Assembly: GCF_006345805.1 (NCBI RefSeq) | Contig: NC_043001.1 | Location: 42,904,001-42,968,000 of the forward strand | Length of the DNA: 64,000 nucleotides | From: Octopus sinensis | Lineage: Eukaryota | Reading direction: 5' to 3' | Part shown: piece by piece, positions 38,085-50,904 of the stretch | Position numbering within the stretch: the stretch's first letter is position 1 | Layout of the letters: each line of letters opens with the position of its first letter | Notes under the pieces: model-generated | Told to the model about the DNA's origin: nothing | What the model saw: only the letters and a program-made list of their open reading frames with translations | Database searches by the model: none | Position numbers and translations under genes: made by a program

Positions 38085-40388
38085 TGGAGCAGGCTGCAAA
38101 GAGAGAGACTTGGAGATGCCACTATGAAAGGTTGAAATGAAGAGAATGAATGGGAGAAAGAGAGTTTGGCCAAAGGTCAACCCAACAGAGGGACCAGCTA
38201 TCTGAATTGACAGTACCTTGATTGATAAAGCAATTAAGGGTAAGAAGACAAGGAAAGCCCCCTGCCCATCAGGAATCACCCCAGAGATGCTTCAAATATC
38301 TGGTGGTGTAGGCTATAGTCTAGTCACCCATATAGTCAGTCAGGTGATACATGAAGGAGTCATACCCAATGACTGGTGTAGCAGCACCATAGTCAACTGC
38401 TACAAAGGTAAAGGCGATGCATTAGATACAAATAATTACAGAGGTATTAAATTGTTGGATCAGGTGATGAAAGTCACAGATAGGGTCATAGCCCAACTAA
38501 TTAGGGGGAGAGTTAGTTTAGACAAGATGTAGTTTGGGTTAGTGCCAGGGAAAAGTACTATTGATGTTATATTTCTGATAAGACAGCTGCAGGAGAAATA
38601 CCTAGCCAAAGACAAACCTCTGTACTTGGCTTTCATTGACACCGATCCCTTATCTGGTGGTCAATGTGGAAACTAGGGATAGATGAGTGGTTATTGAGAG
38701 CTGTACAAGCCATGTACAGGGATGCTGTCAGTAAGTTGAAGGTTGGCAACAAGTATAGTGAAGAATTCCAGGTTGGGGTAGGGGTCCACCAAGGATCAGT
38801 CCTCAGCCCCCTCTTATTCATCATAGCCCTCTAGGCAATAACAGAGGAATTCAAGACAGGATGCACCTGGGAGCTCCTCTATGCTGATTACTTTGCTCTA
38901 ATAGCTGAATCGCTACCAGAACTAGAGGAGAAGTTTCAGGTGTGGAAGCAAGGATTAGAATTGAAGGGCCTTAGAGTCAACTTAGCTAAAACCAAAGTCT
39001 TAATAAGTAGGAAGGCAGGCAAATCCCAAATCCCTTCAGGTAGATGGCCTTGTTCAATCTGTAGAAAAGGATAGGTAGACACTCCTTAAGATGTATCCAG
39101 TGTAAGCTAAGGACACATAAGAGGTGCAGCAATATCAAAGGGAAGCTAACTGGGAAAATAATTTTTGTGTGTAGATGATGCACAGGGGCAATAAACACTG
39201 AAAATGTGCAGAAAACAGCTTCTGTCACATTGTAGCAGGAAAAAATAGAAGTAGTTGATAACTTCTGTTACCTAGGTTACCAAGTCAGTAGCTGGGGTGG
39301 ATGTTCTGAGAGCGTAGCTGCTAGAATAAGAATATCCTAAGCAAAGTTCAGAGCTCCTACATCTGCTGGTAACAAAAGCCTCTCGCTCAGAGTGAAAGGT
39401 AGATTTATGATGCATGTGTGTGAACAGCCATGCTACACAGCAGTGAAACATGGGCTGTGACTGCTGAAGACATGTGTAAGCAAGAAATGATGCTAGTATG
39501 CTCTGCTGGATGTGTAATGTCAGTGTGCATACATGACAGAGTGTAAGCGCCCTGATAGAAAAGTTGGACATAAGAAGCATCAGATGTGGTGTACAAGAGA
39601 GACAACTGTGCTGTTATGGTCATGTGTTGTGTATGGATGAGGACAGCTGTGTGAAAAAGTGTTGCATCCTAATAGTGGAGGGAACCTGTGGAAGAGGTAG
39701 ACCCAGGAATACATAGGATGAGGTGGGGAAGAATGACCTTTGAAAGTTGGGCCTCATGGAGGCAATGATAAGCAACCAAGACCTTTGGAGATATGCTGTG
39801 CTTGAGAAGACCCAGCTAGCCAAGTGAGATGTAGCCATGGCCTATGCCAGTATCGCATAACTGGCCCATTTAAGTGTACCCTTCAATCATTGAAGACCTG
39901 TTGAGTCAAGTGAAATTATTGTCATGGCTGATGCCAGTATTGCCTGACTGGCATGTAAAAAGCACCATTCATGCATGGTTGATGCCAGTCCCACCAGACT
40001 GACTCCCATGCCAGTGGCATGTAAAAAGCACCATATGAGTGTGGTCAATGCTGGTGTCGCCTGACTGTTCCTGTGTGGGTAGCACATAAAAAGTACCATT
40101 CGAGCGTGGTTGATGCCAGTGCCGCCTGATTGGCTTCCATACTGGTGGCACGTAAAAAGCACGATTCGACTTTGGTCGATGCCAGTATTCCTGACTGGTC
40201 TCTGTGCCAGTAGCACATAAAAAGCACCCACTACACTCTCAGAGTGGATGGCATTTGGAAAGGCATCCAGCTGTAGAAACATTGCTAGATCAGATTAGAG
40301 CCTGGTGCAGCCTTCTGGCTTGCCAGACCTCAGTTAAACCATCCAACCCAATCCAGCATGGAAAGCGGATGTTAAACTGATGATGATG
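38085..40388 (+). mobile_element. RTE-clade LINE, 5'-truncated, with complete 3' end
   Basis: KAPCPSGITPEML, NYRGIKLLDQVMKV, HQGSVLSPLLF and LLYADY (YADD mutated). 3'UTR with ~60-bp repeats and TGATGATG tail. Confidence 0.9.
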
Positions 40389-41394
40389 ATATATATTTCA
40401 TTCTTTTACTTGTTTCAATCATTTGACCACAGCCATGCTGGAGCACCGCCTTTAGTCAAACATATGTTTTATATATGCCTTATTTATGTATATAGCAAAC
40501 GAAAGGGGATCCAGGTATCCACACTAACCTCTCCATTATTTTGCTTGTTTTATGTGTGTGCATTTATTTATGCCTGCATGTATGTTCTTCTGCAACTCTA
40601 CCACAGAAGCTGCTATAAGAACAAGGTTAACGTATAAAAATCTTAGCTTAGTATATAAAGGGCCCAAATATAACCAATCCTAAATTCTAGTATTATAGTC
40701 CTAAGTACTTCAATAGATGTGTCTGTACACTGAATTCCTTACTGAAGTCACTACCAACGAAATCTAACTGCATCCTAAATTTTTTTCAAACCATTTATCT
40801 ATCACTAGTTTCTTTAACACTTAGACTGAGGGTGACTTTTGAAATACTTTTTCAAATTAAGAATACATAATAGAGTAGCTTCTTCTGGGATGAAATTCTC
40901 TCTTGATGTTGCATCACATAAAAACATGCTATTTATGATTCTGTGTCTTTGAATAAGCCCAAACAATATCTTGCCTTTGTTATTCCCATCCGGAATTAAC
41001 TTTGCTGAAGCTCTTTTTGTTACTTTCATGATTCAGTCCTTGAGTTTAACACTTGTGGAATTTCCTTCTCTCTGGTTCCTTTCCATTGCCTTTGTGGTAA
41101 TTACCATTCATGCTGTTATACCAGTCATTGGAAGTAGCTCCTTCCTGTACTACCTGATTAATCCTAGCAAACAAGATAGTTTCTCTAGTGTCACTGACCT
41201 CTTAAAAATAGCTATCAAGTCTTCCTCAAATCACACCATATCATCTTAAAAATTGGACACATTGGATATTTCATGTATACAAGGAAATACAGGATGGTTG
41301 TAGCTAAAATATTTTTGATTGTAAACCACTCAGATAAGCCTAATATTTAATAAATCACTTTGATAGCCTGATACTTAATAATGGTTTCCAATTT

Positions 41395-41580
41395 TGCCAC
41401 AAGGGCAACAATTTTGGAGGAGGGGATGAGTTGATTACATCAACCCCAGTGTTTAACTGGTATTTATTTTATCGACCTTGAAATGTAAGAGGGGCAAAAT
41501 GGCTCAGAATGTAAGAGGGGCAAAATGTCACTAAGTATTTTGCCCAGCATGCTAATGATTTTGCCAGCTCACCGCCTTAG
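41395..41580 (-). mobile_element. Degraded SINE (family D)
   Basis: Block GATTACATCAACCCCAGTGTTTAACTGGTATTTATTTTATCGACC. Related pieces at ~3540-3620, ~32100-32210 and ~59490-59575. Confidence 0.6.
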
Positions 41581-42257
41581 CCAAATACTTAATAAAAACT
41601 ACTTTCCATGTCTTTAGCTTCTTCTTACTATCTATCAATTGCTGGTTTCTGTGTTGGTTAGAAAAACAAATGAAAAATTGTTTCAAATATAACAAATAAA
41701 GTACATTGGATGAAATCTAAGATTTATCTTATAATTAAAATATAAATTATCCCTTGATTTCAAATTTTAAATATCAAATGAGTTAACTTTAACTTTTACT
41801 CATCTTTAATTCAAGAGAAATTAGACTTTCTCAACTTTACTCTCATATTATATACTATTTACTTTACTTAAATACTATTACATATTGTCTTTGTTTCTTC
41901 TTTCATAGACACTTTTGTTGAGATACTATGTCTTTAACAAGACTAAATTTCCTCATCAATTCTCTTAATGTCTATTTTTATTAATTTCAGCTACCCTTAC
42001 ATTTTACCCCAGTTTTTGTCAGATTTCAAAATAATTAAGTTTCTGCCACTACACATATTTTGTCATCAGTTTTTACCTCATTCTGTGAATTTTGTCTTTG
42101 AACAAAATATCTGATGCTCTGTATAATTTTTAGCTATTCTCAAAATAAACTTTAGTCTTGAAATTCAATTTGTACAAAGAATGAATCATACTTATTTTAC
42201 ATCATATGAACTTAGAGTGTGCTTCTCCTTTGAATCTGTGATTTATTGATGATGATG

Positions 42258-42260
42258 ATG

Positions 42261-42305
<45 letters not shown>

Positions 42306-42444
42306 TTATTATATAGAAGGAGCTTCTACAGGACTAGAACTGTTATTATATAGAAGGAGCTTCTACAATATAATAAATTAATTTTACTCTGCTATGTATT
42401 GAGTACCTTACTTACTGTGGTTAACCCCGAATCAACCCGGGACC

Positions 42445-42525
<81 letters not shown>

Positions 42526-42549
42526 GTATATATATGTGTGTGTGTGTAT

Positions 42550-42594
<45 letters not shown>

Positions 42595-42614
42595 ATATAT
42601 ATATATATATATAT
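42258..42614. repeat. Compound (TA)n/(TG)n microsatellite with an internal TATAGAAGGAGCTTCTACA duplication
   Basis: Directly visible. Confidence 0.9.
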
Positions 42615-43149
42615 GAACAAGAAGTTTGCAGCTGTTGAATGACTTCTATATGGTGTAGTTAGAAATATACTTTAGAGATTATTTGAAAAGTAACTGAACT
42701 CAGTTTCCATTATTTTGTGAGAAAAGTCTTTTGTTTTAAAATTCTATGCATACTTTTATCCAGACACTTTGCAGTCTTATGTACTAAAGCCTGATAAATT
42801 CTAAGTTAGATACTTGATTAAGGCACCTAATTTAGAGGTTATTTATTGTTTCATAAGTTCAGTTACTTTTCCAGTAACCTCTAAAGTATCTTTCTAACTA
42901 CACCACATGAAAGTCATTCAACAAAGTTCTTGTTCATATATATTGTCAGTAAATCACAAACCCAAAAGAGAAGCACACTCTAAGTTATAGAGCAGTAGAG
43001 TAATTAGATAAAGATAGTTATAGTTGGTCTATGAGTCATAGGCCATTGGCCATTAGGGTCTAAAAAGATGCTGTAAAGCTAAGCGCTTTATGGACATGAC
43101 ATCCAGGGTAACCCCATAGACCACCCATAACCATCTTTATCTAATTATA

Positions 43150-43312
43150 TATCATCATCATCATCAGTTAATGTCCATGTTCCATGCTAGCATGGGTGGG
43201 AAGGTATCACAAGAGCTGGCTGGGCCAAAACCTGCACCAGACTTCTTTGACTGTTTTGGCAGGGTTTTTACAGCTGGATGCCCTTCCTAACACCAATCAT
43301 TCAGCAGAGTGG
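43150..43312 (-). mobile_element. RTE tail fragment just downstream of NKY
   Basis: (CAT)n...CCATGCTAGCATGGG...CAGCTGGATGCCCTTCCTAACACCAA. Confidence 0.7.
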
Positions 43313-43397
43313 ACATATATATACATGTAACATATTTACATCAAGAAGGATTCTTACATTGGACAAAAATACAAAATTGTTACTTTCTCAAAATTGT

Positions 43398-43589
43398 TTT
43401 ATTATACTATCTTTGATGTGATCATATTTTCCAGCTTTTGTTATTAGAAATAAGTTTTATTACCATGTGTATTTGCTTTAAATTTTTTTCTGTTACATTT
43501 AATAATGATACTAATATAAAACTAAGAACATCACTATACACCCATAATAAGAATCAAACAAATTGCTTTAAAGATATTGTAAATTTATT
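43398..43589 (-). promoter_or_regulatory. Candidate polyadenylation signals for the NKY transcript
   Basis: AATAAA on the minus strand at 43584-43589, 43456-43461 and 43398-43403, downstream of the stop codon. The DNA is AT-rich, so chance occurrence is likely for some. Confidence 0.35.
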
Positions 43590-43700
43590 TCTATGTTAAA
43601 TCCAAAAAGTATGTGTCATTGTAAGAAACAAGAGAAATACAGAGTTATCCATTGTTGGCAGTTACTTAAAGATTCGTGTTATTCCAAGACGATTTCATAT

Positions 43701-44039
43701 TTAACCATATCTCAGAATGGTACTTCCACGATTTTCAGAACTTCTAGCATTGGAAGGCTCTGGGACAGGAACATAACCATGGGATGGCATCCATATCCAA
43801 TTTGGTTCTCTTTTGAGTCCTCTCTGGGTTCGTATATAATATGATGGCATTCGACCTTGATATCCACTTGGTGGTGCCATAAGTGCATTGTCTCGTGTTG
43901 CTACTGCAGCTCTGGTGATCAATGATAGTAAGTTCTTGTCAGAATTTTCATGATTCCCTTCCCAAATTTCTCCAGACAGTATCACTCCAATACAACAGAA
44001 GATGAAAATTATTAATTGGCTGCTGAAATACTGCTTCAT
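43701..44039 (-). CDS. NKY: NKY-2-type neuropeptide precursor (112 aa, single coding exon)
   Basis: ATG in AAC-ATG context. Hydrophobic signal peptide MKQYFSSQLIIFIFCCIGVILSG and one dibasic KR site. Predicted 34-aa peptide EPNWIWMPSHGYVPVPEPSNARSSENRGSTILRY followed by Gly-stop (amidation donor). The WIWMPxxGYVxVP and I-x-RY-amide motifs match annelid/mollusc NKY-2 as I recall it. Confidence 0.85.
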   Translation of the reverse strand: MKQYFSSQLIIFIFCCIGVILSGEIWEGNHENSDKNLLSLITRAAVATRDNALMAPPSGYQGRMPSYYIRTQRGLKREPNWIWMPSHGYVPVPEPSNARSSENRGSTILRYG

Positions 44040-44057
44040 GTTGTATTCTGATAAGAA

Positions 44058-44082
44058 CTGAAAATATCACAAGAAAAAAAAA
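44058..44082 (-). promoter_or_regulatory. 3' splice acceptor upstream of the NKY start codon
   Basis: Minus strand reads ...tttttttcttgtgatattttCAG then 18 nt of 5'UTR then ATG. This implies at least one upstream non-coding exon at higher coordinates. Confidence 0.6.
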
Positions 44083-45249
44083 TGTTATTAGTTTATTGGT
44101 TTTCATTAAATATTGTACTGTTATGTTTTAAACAAAACATTTCATTAGGAAAAATTGACTTCAGATATCATTTTCATGAGAGAATGAAAGAAAATGAAGA
44201 ATGGGAGAGAGCTATTACAGGTCTCTTAGTTGGGAAAGGGATCAAGAATAATTACAATGTCAATGTCTTGAGCAGAGATACATTTAGATGAATATACTGT
44301 AACTGGTGCTGTTAGTTCAGAGCAACAGAAAATTTAGCAATCGCCAGTTGTGTTGGAAGGAGGAGTAATTAAGACAATTTATTGTGTAGATTTAGTAATC
44401 TTTGATTGATCAGATATATGACACTAATAGTTGAAGGACTGTGCATGACTCATAGATCTATTGTTTCAGACGTTTTGCTTCTACCTTACTGCACACTTCA
44501 AAATACAGTGGGTAACTGTGTAACGGTATATACATGTGTACACTCTCCTCCACTGTCTAACCTACACCTGTATATCTGCAGATTTTAGTGTTGGCTAAAG
44601 TAATGAGGTAAGATGAACTCCATCAAAGCACAATTCAAGTTGTGCAAATGTGTAAAGGCTCCTTTATCAGCTTGGTTAAGAGGAGTTGTGTGTATTAAAC
44701 TCACCAACAATAATAATTTCAGGCACATGTGTATTGAGATCTTCTCAAAGCAGTTTAAGATATAATTGAACAAGTGTTAGGAGCTGAAGGGGTTCATAAG
44801 GTTGCAGAGAGAGCAGCATTTAGAGGAATGCTAATAACAGCTGATATAAATGTTGGTTGGTTGGTTGATAGATTTTTTCCAGTCATACTTTACATTGTAT
44901 ACAGAGATGGAGGGAGAGAGAGAGTAAAAGGGAGATACAAAGAGAGTTAACATAAGTTAAAGAGAAACATTGAAATTGACAAGCTCTGGTAGGGGTGGTA
45001 GTAAAGATGATAAAAGTTATGTTATCACCAAATATCTAACAAATGCATGTACACTCTCGCATACATGAAATCCTCTCTGTCTGTCTGTCTCTCTCTCTCA
45101 CACACACACAAATTTACATAGAGACATAATTGTAGTATAAGTTCAGGATAAATTTTGCAAAGAGTTTGTAGGGGCAGGTAAAGAAGCAGATTTACATAGC
45201 CATTTATATCGTCATCATTTTTATGTCTACTTCAACACACTTGCGGAAA

Positions 45250-46434
45250 TTTTATTCATCAAAGAAAGTATCATTACGATCAACACATTTTTTCTGAGTT
45301 ACAATTTTGTTTATTCCAGTAACATAAAAATCTGGAGTTCTTGAGCTGATGTGTACTATGAATGTTCTTTCAACATCAGTTTCATTTTTGAACTCCTCAC
45401 GCAGGAAACCATTAAGGCGCTTGAAAAAGTGGTAGTTGGTAGGAGAAAGGTGTGGGGAATAAGCTGGATGGGGAAAAACTTTGTAGCCAAGTTCCTCAAC
45501 TTTTGGAGCATCATTAGTGAAATGTGTGGTGGAGCATTGTCATGAAGAATGATTGACCCTTTTTTATTGGCCAGTCTGGGACGGAGGAGTAGCAGTTTTT
45601 CTTTTGTTTTGGCAATTTCATGGCAATATGTTTCTGCAATAATGGTTTTTCCTGGTTTTAAGAAGTTATAGTGGATGAGTCCAGCAGTACATCACCAAAC
45701 AGCCACCATTACCTTCTTTTTGAAGAGCTCGGGTTTAGGGAAGGTTTTCGGTGCTTCATTTTGGTCCAAGTACTGCAAAGAACATTTTTTATTGTACAGA
45801 ATCCACTTTTCATCACAGGTTACAATATGGTTGAGAAATGGAGAAAATGTAACAAGCAAATTTCAAATCTGCACATTTTCTGATTTTCATTCAAATCCTT
45901 GGTACCCATTTGTCAAACTTTTTTGATTTTCCAATTGCATACAAATGGTTGCAGGCAGTTTTCTGGCTAACTTGAAGTTCTTTTGCCAGTTCTTGAGTTT
46001 TACTTGGATATTTCTCAATGACAGTCTTTAATTGACTGTCATCAATGACAGATTGGTGTCCACTACGCTCATGATCTTCAAGGCTCAGGTCTCCATTGCA
46101 ATATCATTTAAGCCATTTTTGAGCTGACCACTCACTGGTCATTTCCTCACAAAACGTTTTGTTGATATTGTGAGCAGTTCCAGCTTCTTTACATCCTTTT
46201 TTGAAGGTGAATAGCAAAATTGCTCAAATATCGCACTTTGACAGTTCCATTTCATATTATTGTAACAATGGTGGAAAAAAAAATCAATGTTAATTTATTG
46301 ATGCATTTGGGCAAGTTTATATCTGTATTACCAGACAATTGCAAAAAGATGTTTTTAAAAAAATCAAAACTCTGCAAAAATCTGGTACAAATTCTTCACG
46401 GTTCATAATGTTGCTTAGTTTTTACTCAACCTGA
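45250..46434 (-). mobile_element. Degraded Hsmar1/cecropia-like mariner
   Basis: Minus-strand remnants IVTCDEKW and HPAYSPHLSPTNYHFFKRLNGFL. TIR-like TCAGGTTGAGTAAAAAC at 46434. The 3' region resembles the Hsmar1 end. Confidence 0.8.
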
Positions 46435-46722
46435 TATATAGATCACCCCTTAACATATGTATTGGGAAAATCAAACAATCCAAGCACACAATATAAAATT
46501 TTCATTCCAAAACTTTTGTGTCATTTTGTTTTTCTAAGATTTAAAAAATAAAAGTAGATAACTTTTAAGAACATCTTTCTTCAAATATCTGTTTGTCCAT
46601 CTATCCATATCATGTATATGATATGATTAGATATTCTATATATATATATGTACAGATATATAATATCTGTGTGTTGTGCATATATATATATAATTATATC
46701 TATATAATTATAAGTTAGAGTA

Positions 46723-47243
46723 CTGAGAAATAGCACCAACATGCTAGAAATAGACGTCAAAATGACTCTAAAACCACACGAGGCACTCCTTTAGCACTGG
46801 TAGAAAGCAAAGGAATGAATAAAAAACATTTAGCAAAGTCTTTTTAGAGGTTGATTCTAGATCAAACGATTCCTTATTTATGTATACATATTTTATATTT
46901 ATTCACTCTGATCATTATATTCACTGTGATGTAATTTTGATCAAAAATGCACATGATGAGATGAATAATTAGATTGGCCTCATATATATGTGTCAATATA
47001 TGTATATGTATGGTATGTATATATATTTGCATTTATGTACTATTTTGGTATATTCTACTGATAAAGGCAGAGTAATTTTCATTGCTAAACCAGAAATCGT
47101 TAGATCTAGAATTAACCTCTAAAAAGACTTCGCTAAATCTCTTTTTTTCATTCTTTCACTTTCTATCAGTGCTAAAGGAGAGCATTATGTGGTTTCAGAG
47201 TCATTTTGACATCTATTTCTAGCATGTTGGGGTTGTTTCACAG
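46723..47243. mobile_element. Long-TIR (fold-back) MITE
   Basis: ~150-bp imperfect inverted repeats (46723-~46870 and ~47094-47243), CTG...CAG ends, flanked by TA on both sides. Confidence 0.8.
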
Positions 47244-47310
47244 TAGCCACTGATAAGATTGTTCTTTTTATAATGATTTTATCTTTATTTATGTATATAT
47301 GTGTGTGTAT

Positions 47311-47347
<37 letters not shown>

Positions 47348-47429
47348 GTATTTTTTTTTTATATATAGTTTCAGCTCACGAGTTGTGGGCATGCTGGGGC
47401 ACCGCCATTTGGTGTTGCTACATAATTTT

Positions 47430-49075
47430 ACTTCACGAATACTTTTTAGGAATTGACATTTGGTCCATGAGGGAGCTTGATGCTGCTGCCCTCATCTGCA
47501 CCTCCTGCCGTGAAGTTGGCTCATCTGAGACACTTGACAGTAAGAGGTCCTGCTTTATTTTGAAGACACCTACATCCACCCCATGCAGGTCTCTCAGGTC
47601 CTTCAGGAGGATATTGAAGAGCTGTGGACCTCTGAAGCCCAGGCTATTGCAGTATCTTCTATATCTTGATGGCAAATTAGGAGTCCTTGGCACTATGCAG
47701 TGGTGCCCAGTTCTAGTATTTGTGTAACTCTCATTGCCAAAGTTTGGGACAAGTCCTTCCAGGATCTTCCAGATGTATATTATAGCATATCTTTCTTGCC
47801 TATGCTCTAAGGAATAGAGTCTTAATCTCTTGAGTCTTTCCTGGTAGCTTATATGCTGCATAGATGCTATCTTCTTCACGTAGCTTTGTGGGATTGTCTC
47901 AAGTTATAAGATTAATTTGTTACTAGTTGGTGACCATAGCTGAGAGCAGTAGTCAAAGTGGCTTAGGACAAGTGTCCTCCAGAGGTTTCCTGATTTCTCA
48001 TTTTAAAAGTTCTAACAATCCATCCAGTCAGCCACCTGCATTTCATTGCCAATTTAGCAACATGCACATGGAAGGATGCATCATTACTCATGTAAATGCC
48101 CAGGTCTCACACTGACTGTGCCTCTGGGATTGCAATCTCTCCAGATCCAGTGTATTTAATGGGTATTGCATTTAGTTTTGCATGCTGAAAGCACAAGGCT
48201 TGAAACTTTTCAGCATTGAAATGCATGCTATTCTTTTCAGCCCACTTGTATATTTTGTCCAGCTCACATTGCAGGTGCATAATGTCTTCAGGGTTCTGTA
48301 TTACCTGTGATACTTTTGTCAGGCAGCAAGTCATTTTCTTCAAGGAAGGCAATTAATTTCCTTCTGACTATTCGTTCCATAACCTTGCTGATGTGCGAGG
48401 TCAGAGAGATAGGTTTGTAGTTCTTGGCCTCCGCTCTGCTACCTTCTTTATGAATAGGACATATTTTACCCTCCTTCAGTTTTCTTAGAAGTTTGCCAGT
48501 TGCAAGGAAGCACTGAAAGAGGGACTACAGTGGTCTTGCTAGGACACGCTTACATACTTTTAGAAGGATTGCTGTGAATCCATCTGGGCCAGTAGCTGAG
48601 TTTAGGTTCATTTCATCTATAGCCCTTATTACATCATCTTCCTTTATATTGCTTCTGTTTTTATATCTACAGTAGTAAAAAAGTCAGTTGGATTGTTGAC
48701 TTGAAAGTGCCCAAGGGGTGGAGTGAAAATACTTTTGAATTGCTCATTTAGTATTTCACTTATCCTCATTGGGATTCCTGTGAGTGTACCATCTTTTTAG
48801 AGGAGTGGCTCTATCCTACAGTGCACTGAAGCTGTTTCTTTGGCAAACTTGTTGTAAGCTCTGAGGAAATCAAGAGTGCTGATATGGGATTGTATAAGAG
48901 CATAGAAGCGTGTAAACTCCTGCTTCTTTCGTTCTATCTGTGCTAATGTTCTGGTGTAACCATTGCTCTTCAGCACAGCTGTGATTATGTCGTTTGGGTT
49001 ATCTCCTTCAGCACAGTGCCAGGCTCTCTAAAAGAATGCCAATTCCTTGCTCCTCCAAGTTCTGGACATTTTTAT
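47430..49075 (-). mobile_element. CR1/L2-clade LINE fragment (RT to C-terminus)
   Basis: LQCELDKIYKWAEKNSMHFNAEKFQ; SYQERLKRLRLYSLEHRQERYAIIYIWKI; NYKPISLTSHISK near 48400. Confidence 0.9.
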
Positions 49076-49353
49076 GGATATTTTATTTATTTATCTATCT
49101 ATTTATTTTTAATAATTTAACAGTGTGATGGAGGGTAGTGAAGAATTAGAGAAAGAAAGTGTGTCTATATATTTAGAGAAATTGAGCAGCTGAGAGAAGA
49201 GTGTGAGAGAGAGAGAGAGAGAGAGAGATTGTTCATGTCTATATATTTAGGAATATTGAGAGGCTGAGAAAAGAAATATGGTGTGACAGAGAGAAGTGAA
49301 GAGACAGAGAAAGAGTCATGATGGAGAGATGTAAAGAGACAGTGAGAGAAAGA

Positions 49354-49360
<7 letters not shown>

Positions 49361-49400
<40 letters not shown>

Positions 49401-49424
49401 CACATACATACATACAAAGCACAT

Positions 49425-49484
<60 letters not shown>
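49361..49484. repeat. (TA)n/(CA)n microsatellite
   Basis: Directly visible. Confidence 0.95.
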
Positions 49485-49488
<4 letters not shown>

Positions 49489-50904
49489 TAGGGAGTTTGA
49501 GGTGCTGAGAGAAGGATGGTGTGATGGAGAAAAGTAAAGAAAAGGAGAAAGGGATAGTGTGTGTCTCTATGTATTTATAGAGAGGAAATAGAGAGAGAGA
49601 GAAAAAGAGAAAGCAGTAGAAGAGAGATTAAGGGTTTGAGAGAAGAATTATGGGATGATGGAGTGAAGTAAAGAGATAGAGAGAGAGAGAGAAGTTATGC
49701 AAACTCTTGAAAAGGATTCGACTTGGATAGGGAAAAATAAATAAAGGAACAAATAAATATATACCTATCTGTAACTACAGAAATTCTCTTAAATCAGGAG
49801 TAATGAAAGTTAAACCTCTCTACAATAATCAATAATCTAGTAAGTCAAACGCAAAACAGAGAAAAGACCTTATGTAGATTTAACCTTCTAATTTTCCCTA
49901 ATAATAGCCTTCAATAAAAGACAGAAAATACACAGAGATACTTATCTAGTTCTTCCAAAGAGATGGGTATTTCCAAGGCAGTGGAAGATTTTGAACTTCT
50001 TTTCAAGTTATGCTGATACCATGTGCTGCTCAATACATTTGTTTACATTTTGTATATTCGTAAGGGCTTTCCATTTTTCTGTTTTTCCCTTCTATATATT
50101 CCAGATGGTTTTTCATTAAATTTGTCTTGTTATGTTTTCACTCAAAAGTTATTAAGATAGTGGTTCTTTTTTTTTTTTTTCCCGATCGAAAATCACAGTT
50201 ATTTTAGAAATTTCGTAAAACCCACATGTTGTTACCTGCAATGTTTATAATTCGTACATTCGCAAAAGATACTTCCTGCTTAATATATTTCACTTTATAT
50301 TTCCTCAAGTGTATTCTTTATCATTCAGGAAGAGATTCAAGGCTTTCTTGGGTATCATTTATAATAGAATTCGCAGCTTTTCAGAAATTTTTTGATGATA
50401 TTCTAGGCGCTTAGAAACACACGTGTTGATCAGAGGCTGCAATATGTATGTATATATATTTATGTATATATGTATGTACATATGTATGTGTATATATGTA
50501 TATATATATACGTTTGTATATATGTATGTACATATATATATATATTATATATATATATATGTATGTATTTGTTTTACATTGTTGCATATTCATATGCAGC
50601 GATTTATGCCTTATTGGTACAATCTCATTAGGGCATATAAATATGACATTATTTGAAGAGGAATTTTCCCCTCAATTAGTTTGGATTAGACTTGCCATTA
50701 ATAGTAGTAATAGTAATAACAGCAGCAGCAGCAGTAGTAGTAGTAGTGGTAGTAAACTCTGAACATTCCACAAGATGTTTTTCTCAACTGTTTATTTGGG
50801 TGAAATTCAGTAGCATCAGCAGCAGTCATTGTTGAGGTCAGCAATTGTTCCTGGATAGGCTGGGAGGGGTTAATTATAGAATATTTATTTTTTGATTGAT
50901 TTAA

